From NCBI GenBank assembly GCA_965202615.1, contig OZ241837.1:3343156-3407155 (forward strand): a stretch of 64,000 nt of DNA. Direction: 5' to 3'. The DNA is from Arenicellales bacterium (lineage in GTDB: Bacteria; Pseudomonadota; Gammaproteobacteria; Arenicellales; JAJDZL01). Below, one piece after another: positions 37,484 through 45,616 of the stretch. A program made the position numbers and the translations under genes. The number at the start of each line of letters is the position of its first letter. Position 1 is the stretch's first letter. Below the pieces are notes generated by a model. It ran no database searches, was not told the DNA's origin, and saw nothing but the letters and a program-made list of their open reading frames with translations.

Positions 37484-39100
37484 GTGTATCCACTCACCTC
37501 AACCAGATTTGCCAGTACGTGCGGCGTAATTGCGCTGTTTGCGGCAATACTTGGGAGTAATGTCCTTTTCGATGCACAGCACGCGTTGGTTCCACAGGCT
37601 TCTGCGGAAAGCACGTTTGATTACGCATCTGACGCGATCGATTACAGAAATTCCCGATACCCGGTTACTTTTGCATACCCGGATTACAGCAAAATTGACT
37701 TTAACAAAGCGTTGGCTAAAAGCAATTCAACGACCAATGCCGCTCAGTCTTCCAACATATGGCCCGAGATTCGAGCGGGCTTCAAACTCGAAAGATTCTA
37801 TAGCCCATTGGTAAAAAAGCACGAACAGCGATTTACCAAAAACCCAAAACAATTTGAACGAGTTCTTGAGCGGGCATCAACCTACCTGCCGTATCTGCTG
37901 GAACAAGTCAATCAACGTGATTTGCCCACGGAAATAGTGTTTCTGCCGCTCATCGAAAGCGGCTACAACCCAAGAATATACTCATCGCGAGGGGCTGCCG
38001 GTCTGTGGCAATTCATGCCGGCAACGGGCAGAGTTTATGGCCTCGTGCAGGATGCGTGGTATGAAGGTCGAAGAGATATCACTCGTTCGACCCATGCAGC
38101 ACTGAACCATCTGACTGATCTCAATGCCAGGTTCGACCGGGAATGGCCACTAACGTTTGCAGCATACAACGCCGGGCAAAATGCAATCCACAGAGCGATT
38201 GAAGCAAACAAAAAAAGAAATAAACCGACCGATTTAGAGTCACTCAAACTCAATTCCGAAACCAGAAACTTCTATCCGAAACTGATTGCCGTCAAGAACA
38301 TCATTTCGAATCCAGCTGCATATGGAATTGACCTTCCAAGAATTTCAATGCAATCGCCATTCGAGACGATCGAGTTTGATTTCCAGATTGATCTGACTCG
38401 GCTTGCAAGTGCAATCGAAGTTGATCTTCTGCATCTTGCACAGTTAAATCCCGGACTTCGAAGACAGGCGACACCACCAGGTGGTCCTCATCGAATTTTG
38501 GTGCCGACAGAGAAGTTGCAGGAAACGATGGCCTGGAAAGTCGACTTGCATCCATCCAAGGCGATTGGGTCAGTCGATTATGTCGTAAAAGCGGGAGATT
38601 CATTGAGTGAAATCGCACAACAATATGCAGTATCGGTTTATACATTGAAGGTTGTCAATTCAAAGACATCAGACCTGATAAGAATCGGTGAAACGATTCG
38701 CATTCCAACACCCCGGACAGTCGTGGATGGAAACTTGGGTGGCGTCGAGACCGTACATACTGTGGTGGCAGGAGAATACCTGGGAGGAATTGCCCAGGCG
38801 TACGACGTCAAGCTTTCGCAGCTGCGCTCGATTAACGGGATCAGTGCGAACTCGCACCTGATAAAGGTCGGACAGAAGTTGCGAATACCGAATGACAGTT
38901 CGAACAGCAAAAATATCACGGTTACCGCGAGTGCGGACTCATTACAATCCCGCGTTGTTCACGTCGTCAGGTCCGGTGAATCGCTTTGGAAAATCGCCCG
39001 ATTGTACAAGGTAAGAGTAGCAGAATTGATCAAGTGGAACAGCATCAGCCAAAGAAGTTTGATCCGTCCAAACCAAAAGATCGTCGTCTATGTCAACTGA
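37484..39100 (+). CDS. mltD: Membrane-bound lytic murein transglycosylase D-like (SLT domain plus three LysM repeats)
   Basis: SLT catalytic region LPLIESGYNPRIYSSRGAAGLWQFMPATG. Three LysM-like repeats are present (YVVKAGDSLSEIAQQY, HTVVAGEYLGGIAQAY, HVVRSGESLWKIARLY). The start is uncertain (GTG 37484 proposed); the tracked ATG at 37190 overlaps the opposite-strand gene. Confidence 0.8.
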   Translation: MYPLTSTRFASTCGVIALFAAILGSNVLFDAQHALVPQASAESTFDYASDAIDYRNSRYPVTFAYPDYSKIDFNKALAKSNSTTNAAQSSNIWPEIRAGFKLERFYSPLVKKHEQRFTKNPKQFERVLERASTYLPYLLEQVNQRDLPTEIVFLPLIESGYNPRIYSSRGAAGLWQFMPATGRVYGLVQDAWYEGRRDITRSTHAALNHLTDLNARFDREWPLTFAAYNAGQNAIHRAIEANKKRNKPTDLESLKLNSETRNFYPKLIAVKNIISNPAAYGIDLPRISMQSPFETIEFDFQIDLTRLASAIEVDLLHLAQLNPGLRRQATPPGGPHRILVPTEKLQETMAWKVDLHPSKAIGSVDYVVKAGDSLSEIAQQYAVSVYTLKVVNSKTSDLIRIGETIRIPTPRTVVDGNLGGVETVHTVVAGEYLGGIAQAYDVKLSQLRSINGISANSHLIKVGQKLRIPNDSSNSKNITVTASADSLQSRVVHVVRSGESLWKIARLYKVRVAELIKWNSISQRSLIRPNQKIVVYVN

Positions 39101-39121
39101 CATCGAATTGAAGTCTTGTTC

Positions 39122-39883
39122 TCATTGATTGAGCAAGAGACGGACGTTCCACATATCTTCCCAGGATTTCGCTTTCTCGGTAGGTTTTCTTAACAAGTAA
39201 GCCGGGTGGTAGGTCACTACCATATCAATTTCCGTATCTTTAAATTTGTAGGTTTGCCTGCGCAGACGACCCAGCGGCAGTTCCGTATCGAGCAGTAGCT
39301 GGGCACTAATACGGCCGAGCGCAACAATGACCTTGGGTTGGATCAGTTCAATCTGCCTCTGCAAATAAGGCGTGCAGGACTTGGCCTCAACTGGTGAAGG
39401 GTCACGATTATTTGGCGGCCGGCATTTGACGACATTGCAGATATAGACCTCTTCCCTTTCATAGCCGAGCGCATAGATCATCGATGTCAGAAGATTTCCC
39501 GCCTTTCCGACAAATGGCAAACCCTGCTTGTCTTCCTCGGCACCTGGTCCTTCACCAATAAACATAAGGTCGGCGTTTTCCGAACCCGAACCGAAAACAA
39601 CGCGATTTCGAGAACCGCTAAGCGAACAACGAGTACATCCTGACGAAAATTCATCAAGGGCTGAGAGATCCATATTCGATATCGAATCGAAAATATCGGT
39701 CGTTTTCCTGTTCTGAACGGACGGGAGGACTTCTTCAGTTGACTGCTCTGCCAAAACAATCTCACGCTGCTCCTGATCTCCGGCAACAGGTGCGACAGAC
39801 GATTCGTCTTTTTCTGATGTGCGTTGAGGTCGAAGTCGATAGACTTCGACACCCATCGCATTCAAATAGTCTTGCTTCGTCAC
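39122..39883 (-). CDS. Family-4 uracil-DNA glycosylase
   Basis: CTRC...VFGSGSENADLMFIGEGPGAEEDKQGLPFVGKAGNLL and VVKCRPPNNR motifs. Confidence 0.85.
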   Translation of the reverse strand: MTKQDYLNAMGVEVYRLRPQRTSEKDESSVAPVAGDQEQREIVLAEQSTEEVLPSVQNRKTTDIFDSISNMDLSALDEFSSGCTRCSLSGSRNRVVFGSGSENADLMFIGEGPGAEEDKQGLPFVGKAGNLLTSMIYALGYEREEVYICNVVKCRPPNNRDPSPVEAKSCTPYLQRQIELIQPKVIVALGRISAQLLLDTELPLGRLRRQTYKFKDTEIDMVVTYHPAYLLRKPTEKAKSWEDMWNVRLLLNQ

Positions 39884-39893
39884 AATTGACGCA

Positions 39894-41447
39894 TCAGATC
39901 ATTGATCCGGTCTGCGGATGTGCGCGCTCAGTTGACTCCAGTCGATTGACGGCATTGATGTAAGCCTTGACCGACGCGATGACGATATCTGTATCGGCAC
40001 CATGACCATTGACCACTCTGCCATTTTCCCTGATACGAACACTGACTTCACCTTGGGCATCGGTACCGCCCGTTATGCTGTTGACCGAATAGAGTTCAAG
40101 TTTCGGGGCTCGATTAATGGCCGACTCCACTGCCCGAAACGACGCATCTACGGGTCCATTGCCGTTAGCCGATACATCAATCAATGCACCATTGACTTTA
40201 AGCGACAATTTCGCCGTCGGTGTTTCTCCGGTCTTCGAGCAAACCTGCAAACTCTCAAGCTCAAGTTTATCGTTGCTCTCCTGAACACCGGAGGTAACTT
40301 GGGCATGCAATCCGATCAGGTCGTCATCGAAAATTTCATGCTTTCTGTCAGCCAATTCCTTAAATTTGTCAAACGCGACCTGAAGAGTCCCGTCGTCGGA
40401 TTCAAGTTCAAACCCGAGCTCCTTCATTCTGTCTTGAAACGCATGGCGCCCCGAGTGCTTGCCAAGGACCATGCGATTGGTGGCCCAACCCACGTCCTCG
40501 GCCCGCATAATCTCGTAGGTTTCGCGTTTCTTCAATACGCCGTCCTGATGAATGCCGGATTCGTGCGCGAACGCGTTGGCGCCAACAATTGCTTTATTCG
40601 GCTGTACCGGAAAACCGGTAACACTTGAAACCAGGCGACTGGCAGGAACAATATGAGTTGTATCAATATTGGTATCGCACGCAAACAAATCCTGCCGGGT
40701 TCGAACTGCCATGACGATTTCTTCCAGTGAAGCGTTACCGGCGCGCTCACCGAGACCATTGATCGTACATTCGACCTGCCTGGCACCTCTTTGCACAGCG
40801 GCCAAAGAATTGGCAACGGCCAGGCCCAGATCATTGTGGCAGTGTACCGAGAAAATCGCCTTGTCTGAATTGGGAATCTTTTCCATCAGTTGTTCGACCG
40901 TTCTGGCGAACTGGTCCGGCAGGTTGTAGCCTACGGTGTCTGGGATGTTGATTGTTCGGGCACCCGCGTTGATGGCAGCCTCGATGATTCGGCAAAGAAA
41001 GTCCAACTCGGATCTGCCGGCATCTTCCGGAGAAAATTCCACATCATCAGTGCAGTTTCTCGCTCGGGAGACCGACCAGACCGCTCGCTCCAGCACCTGA
41101 TCTTCATCCATTCTGAGTTTTTCTTTCATATGGATCGGAGAGGTTGCGATAAACGTGTGAATACGCTGCGAACGCGCTGGTTTAACCGCCTCCGCCGCCC
41201 GGTCCAAGTCGTTTTTGACAGCCCGTGCCAGTGCGCAGACTGTACTGTCCTTGATTTCCTTTGCAACTTGTCTGACCGCTTCAAAATCGCCAGGACTAGC
41301 TGCCGGGAAACCCGCTTCAATGACATCCACCCGCATTTTTTCCAGCAATCTGGCAATCGCGAGCTTCTCATCAGCATTCATAGACGCGCCGGGACTTTGC
41401 TCACCGTCGCGCAGTGTAGTATCAAAAATTATCAATCGATCCGTCAT
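39894..41447 (-). CDS. leuA: 2-isopropylmalate synthase
   Basis: [30 protein letters not shown] and a C-terminal LeuA dimerisation/regulatory region. 517 aa. Confidence 0.95.
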   Translation of the reverse strand: MTDRLIIFDTTLRDGEQSPGASMNADEKLAIARLLEKMRVDVIEAGFPAASPGDFEAVRQVAKEIKDSTVCALARAVKNDLDRAAEAVKPARSQRIHTFIATSPIHMKEKLRMDEDQVLERAVWSVSRARNCTDDVEFSPEDAGRSELDFLCRIIEAAINAGARTINIPDTVGYNLPDQFARTVEQLMEKIPNSDKAIFSVHCHNDLGLAVANSLAAVQRGARQVECTINGLGERAGNASLEEIVMAVRTRQDLFACDTNIDTTHIVPASRLVSSVTGFPVQPNKAIVGANAFAHESGIHQDGVLKKRETYEIMRAEDVGWATNRMVLGKHSGRHAFQDRMKELGFELESDDGTLQVAFDKFKELADRKHEIFDDDLIGLHAQVTSGVQESNDKLELESLQVCSKTGETPTAKLSLKVNGALIDVSANGNGPVDASFRAVESAINRAPKLELYSVNSITGGTDAQGEVSVRIRENGRVVNGHGADTDIVIASVKAYINAVNRLESTERAHPQTGSMI

Positions 41448-41548
41448 AGGAAAACCTAACCATAATGAAAATTAAACTGAATTCAGCCCGCCTGACAATT
41501 TTGCCAGGGAACAGTTAACAAGGGATTTTTGGAAAAGAGAAAGCGCGC

Positions 41549-41617
41549 CTACTGGCGCAGCAGAAGCAGACAGAGAGCGGCTTGAAGAGAAGAATCTTGT
41601 TGTACAGATTTATTCAT
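41549..41617 (-). promoter_or_regulatory. Candidate leu leader peptide (22 codons, Leu-rich)
   Basis: MNKSVQQDSSLQAALCLLLLRQ* ends 101 nt upstream of the leuA start. Five of six codons near its end are Leu. I found no convincing attenuator terminator by eye. Confidence 0.35.
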
Positions 41618-41742
41618 GACTGTGGAATTTATACACCATCTGCTGATTTTGTGCAATTTTTTCGGGTTCACACTGCCGCTGCGAGAGTCAAGATGAAATT
41701 GCGCTGTCGTAGTTGGGTAGCATATCTTGGAGATCTTTTCTT

Positions 41743-43727
41743 TAGCCCGAAGTTCCAGAGGATGAGACAGCATATGTGCATGATATTGTTCAGAATATCG
41801 GCAATTCGGAATTCACGCTACTGGGCAGGATCAGATGATATTCGCTTTCACACCCAAAAGATCCATTGCTTTTTGCTGAATTTCAGTCGGCTGAGCCAGC
41901 ATCCAGTATTCAGCTTTTTTCATTTTCATCGGGCGCACTCGAACCCGGCACAGCGTTGCCAGGTCTTTCATCAGCGTCTGAAAACTGTGCACCGGCTCGC
42001 CGGCAGCCGTGAGTTTGGTCTTCGCCTTGCGCTCCGCAGACGGTGATCTTCTCGCCGGACTGGGCGTCAATGGACGCTCATACTCGTCATCAAACAGAAG
42101 CGGCGCCAGATTCTGTCGCATCTCAAACTCGACATAGTAGGCCAGCATGCAAAGCAAAAGGTGTGCGCGCACCCGCCGCTCGCGGCGATGATAAATCGGA
42201 CGCACTTTCAAGTCTACCGTCTTCATCGAACGGAAAGCCCGCTCGACTTTTGACAGCCGCTTATAGCTGTCGACCACCTTGCCGACACTGAGACGATCTT
42301 TGCCGACACTGGTGCGAATCACGTAAAACCCATCCAGCACCGCCTCCCGGTCAATGCTTGCCTGGTTGCGCCGATAGCGAAATGTCTCAGGCGCCACCTC
42401 AACCTCAAAATGCTTGCGCATCTTGTGCTTGTCCAAAGCCCGCGTCACGCGCCGCCAGATCGCACTTTCTTTCTTCAATTGATGCTTTTCCCTTTTCGTC
42501 GCTGCAACAATCTCATCCAGCGACTTTTCAGTCGCCTGCAGCAGGTCCGCCCGGCTTTTCCTGCGCTTGTCGGCCAGCAACGGATTGCGGCACACCACCA
42601 GCCGCTCGCGAGGATACAGCTCCTCACAGCGAATCTCCCCAAGATCGCGCTCGTCAAACAAACTCGGCTGCAGCGCACCGTTGTCCACCAGCTGTTGAAT
42701 CGCCGTCGATTTGATGGTCGTGATCCAGTCATACTGCGCCGGCTTCAAGTCCTCCTCAATGCGAGCCGCAGTCAGCATGCCCCGATCGCCGACCATCACA
42801 ACCTGCGACAGCCCGAAGCGCTTGCGCAGCCGGTTGACCTGCGAGATCACGGTGTCCGGGTCCGAGGTGTTGCCGGCAAATGCCTCAATCGCAACGGGAC
42901 GTCCGCCAGCCTCACACAAAAGACCGAACTCGATCTGCTTTGCGCCTTTTTTGTTGTCCCGGGAATAGCCGTATTCAGCCAACTCACAATGTTCGCCGCA
43001 CACCCAGGTCGAGGTCAGGTCATACATCACCAGCGAGCCTTGCGCCAGATGCCTGCGCGCCAGTTTGCGTTCGATCAGGTCCTGGCGCTCAAGCAGCCAG
43101 TCCATGGCCGCGTACAGATCGTTCCAGTCGGCATCTGCCACATTGAGACACTCGCTGAGGGTGTCGGTTGCGGTTGCGGTCCACAAGCCCCGGCAGGTGG
43201 CGAGTTTGGAGCCCGGGGCGATGATTCTGGCTGCGATCATCGCCAGGCACAGCTGGCGCTGGTTTGAGGACTTGGCATCGATGATGCGCTCAAGTTCGAG
43301 TTTTTTCATGGTGCCGAGCACGGCGGCGACATGGCCGTGAGGCAGGGTGCGGATGATGTCGAAGTCCTCGGGCATGGCGCCGGAGGAGTTTTTCAGCTCG
43401 GCGCGCACAGCTGCGATGACGGAGGGCGGCAGTTTGGAGAGGTTTGCGAGGGTTCTTTTCTTGCATTTTCCGTCCTGCCAGTAGGATTCACGCACCAGCA
43501 CGGCAGGTGGCGAGTTTCGGTTTTTGACGGATTCTACATACATGGGTAAACGGATCGGGATTTTGTTGAACGGATACAGCGTAATTATAGCATGATAGTG
43601 GTTTATAGAGAAAAAAAGGCAGTTATTTACATGGGTAGGAATTGACGCCAAAAAAAAGACATAGACCTATTGAATATCAATAGTTTATGCCGCTTTTTTT
43701 GCTAAAATCTTCTGGAACTTCGGTTTA
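41743..43727 (-). mobile_element. IS1634-family insertion sequence (about 2.0 kb)
   Basis: Imperfect terminal inverted repeats TA(GC/AA)CCGAAGTTCCAGA(G/A)GA at 41743-41763 and 43707-43727 (13-bp perfect core) bracket a single transposase gene. No target duplication was recognised. Confidence 0.75.
41831..43543 (-). CDS. IS1634-family (IS4-superfamily DDE) transposase
   Basis: The N-terminus MYVESVKNRNSPPAVLVRESYWQDGKCKKRTLANLSKLP is the characteristic IS1634 opening. About 570 aa; the start at 43543 is preferred over 43651. Confidence 0.85.
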   Translation of the reverse strand: MYVESVKNRNSPPAVLVRESYWQDGKCKKRTLANLSKLPPSVIAAVRAELKNSSGAMPEDFDIIRTLPHGHVAAVLGTMKKLELERIIDAKSSNQRQLCLAMIAARIIAPGSKLATCRGLWTATATDTLSECLNVADADWNDLYAAMDWLLERQDLIERKLARRHLAQGSLVMYDLTSTWVCGEHCELAEYGYSRDNKKGAKQIEFGLLCEAGGRPVAIEAFAGNTSDPDTVISQVNRLRKRFGLSQVVMVGDRGMLTAARIEEDLKPAQYDWITTIKSTAIQQLVDNGALQPSLFDERDLGEIRCEELYPRERLVVCRNPLLADKRRKSRADLLQATEKSLDEIVAATKREKHQLKKESAIWRRVTRALDKHKMRKHFEVEVAPETFRYRRNQASIDREAVLDGFYVIRTSVGKDRLSVGKVVDSYKRLSKVERAFRSMKTVDLKVRPIYHRRERRVRAHLLLCMLAYYVEFEMRQNLAPLLFDDEYERPLTPSPARRSPSAERKAKTKLTAAGEPVHSFQTLMKDLATLCRVRVRPMKMKKAEYWMLAQPTEIQQKAMDLLGVKANII

Positions 43728-44018
43728 GCTGTTTGACACGCAACGTGAGTGACTTCTTGGAAAGAGGCTCGATTTTTCGAGATGTGGAGTCTTTGACCAA
43801 CGTTTCAAGTGCGCAATTTGAGATTCAAACTATGAGTCCAAAGACCGCTTCAATCAAGACATAGCCAGATGTTTTGCGCCTATGACCGCTTGGACAGTAT
43901 TCGGAAACGTACTTGTATGGAGATCTCGGGTCACTCCCAAATCCATCAGCGACCAGGTTGCCACGACCAATCTGGATAACATTTTGCCCAATAGAGTTTT
44001 CAATCGTAAACGACATAC

Positions 44019-44152
44019 TTTATGGCTGGACGAAGGCAGATTCCTGACTGGACGGGCGTGCATTCCTGATTGGACGGTTTCTTAATCCTGATTGGACGGT
44101 TATATAATCCTGATTGGACGATCGCAAGATTTCAACTTATAACGGTCCAATT
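44019..44152 (+). repeat. Five direct iteron-like repeats at exact 22-bp spacing plus one inverted partial copy
   Basis: The core TGGACG begins at 44027, 44049, 44071, 44093 and 44115. Copies 2-5 share (A/T)TCCTGA(C/T)TGGACG(G/A). An inverted ACGGTCCAATT lies at 44142-44152, 25 nt before the ATPase ATG. Confidence 0.85.
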
Positions 44153-44176
44153 CTTAATCAAACCTAACTCAGTTTG

Positions 44177-45430
44177 ATGTTTACACGTTATTCAGCAGCC
44201 AAGGTACGAATAGCCCTAAGCGATACTCCAGTGGTGTTTGTAATGGGAGCGCGCCAAGTCGGAAAAACCACCTTGGTACAATCTCTCATTGAGGAGATGG
44301 GTCGTGAAGATTGGGAGTATATTTCTCTGGACGATGATGCCCAACTGGAGATTGTTCGAGCTGACCCAGTCGGGTTCATTCGCAACCTCCCGGTCAAACG
44401 AATCGCATTGGATGAAGTACAACGTCTGCCGCAGTTGTTTGTATCGATCAAGCAGTCAGTAGACGAGAAGCGAACGCCTGGACGTTTTCTCATGACCGGT
44501 TCCGCCAATGCCCTGTTGTTGCCTAAACTATCGGATTCATTGGCAGGTAGAATTGAAGTGATACGCCTGAAATCACTTTCCGAATGTGAGATCAAAAACG
44601 AAAAGCCAGCCTTTTTGAAAAAACTCCTGAACCAGGAATATCTTTCGAGCCAGGAATTTCGCATAAGGGATCATTTGATGGAACGTGTCATAGTTGGATG
44701 CTTTCCGGAACCGGTACAGCGAAACAGTATGCAGCGCAGTGCGGATTGGTACCGAGAATATGTCAATACACAAGTTTATCGGGACGTTCGCGATCTTACA
44801 CAAATTGATCATCCAGAACAACTGACCAAATTACTGGAGCTTACAGCGTTTTACGCAGGCAAACTTCTCAATTTGGCGAATCTGGCGAACAAACTTGGCA
44901 TGGATCAAAAATCTGTCAAAAAATACATTTCATTACTTGAGCATCTGTTTCTGATTGAACGTTTGCCAGCATGGCACTCCAGTGAATATAAACGTCTGGT
45001 CAAGATGCCAAAATTGTTCCCAGTCGATACCGGTTTGATGTGTGCCATTCGCGGTCTGAACAGGGAGCGTCTTCTCAAGCAGCCGGAGAATTTTGGACTC
45101 GCAGTCGAGACATTCGTTTTCAACGAATTGCGCAAGCAGGCTGTTTGGTTGCCGGAGCCAACTAGGTTCTATCATTACCGGGACAAGGACAAAGTCGAGG
45201 TCGATATCATCATCGAAAATGCTGCTGGAGACTGTTTTGCCATCGAGGTTAAGGCCGGGGCAACCCTGAGTGCGAGAGATTTCGCCGGTCTCAAGCGATT
45301 TAAGAAGATCGCCGGCAAACGTTTTAAGCTTGGCGTTCTGCTATACGACGGAGATCATACGACTTCCTTTGGCGAGCGCCTGTTTGCCGTGCCCTTGGGA
45401 AGCTTATGGGCAAATCGAGCCGGTGCCTGA
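44177..45430 (+). CDS. AAA+ ATPase with DUF4143-type C-terminal domain (restriction-endonuclease-like fold suspected)
   Basis: Walker A GARQVGKTT, Walker B-like IALDEVQ and a C-terminal DKVEVDIIIENAAGDCFAIEVKAG (D...E.K pattern). ATG at 44177 is preferred over TTG at 44174. Confidence 0.75.
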   Translation: MFTRYSAAKVRIALSDTPVVFVMGARQVGKTTLVQSLIEEMGREDWEYISLDDDAQLEIVRADPVGFIRNLPVKRIALDEVQRLPQLFVSIKQSVDEKRTPGRFLMTGSANALLLPKLSDSLAGRIEVIRLKSLSECEIKNEKPAFLKKLLNQEYLSSQEFRIRDHLMERVIVGCFPEPVQRNSMQRSADWYREYVNTQVYRDVRDLTQIDHPEQLTKLLELTAFYAGKLLNLANLANKLGMDQKSVKKYISLLEHLFLIERLPAWHSSEYKRLVKMPKLFPVDTGLMCAIRGLNRERLLKQPENFGLAVETFVFNELRKQAVWLPEPTRFYHYRDKDKVEVDIIIENAAGDCFAIEVKAGATLSARDFAGLKRFKKIAGKRFKLGVLLYDGDHTTSFGERLFAVPLGSLWANRAGA

Positions 45431-45616
45431 ATGCATACCCTGGTCTAAAATGAATGCCATCCTTGTTTTGTTTGAACAAGGCTGGTCAAGGATACGAACA
45501 AACAATCAATGCGGCTTTGTTTTCGTTTTTTAGACAGAAGCCAACACAAGACAGTAGACTACTTCAATACACGACCGCAAACAATTTTTACTAATCACGT
45601 TTGAAAATTTAGTGTC

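Noticed and set aside
42043-43549. Several plus-strand ORFs (up to 285 aa) inside the IS1634-family element
   Set aside because: They are antisense to the transposase gene, which has an unmistakable IS1634-type N-terminus. The shadow frames are proline/arginine-rich and lack motifs.
44019-44152. Tn7-like transposon end, suggested by the contiguous 22-bp repeats
   Set aside because: I did not confirm this reading. No tnsA/B/C-like genes, terminal TGT-type end or matching opposite end are visible in the window. It is kept only as one alternative in the iteron finding.
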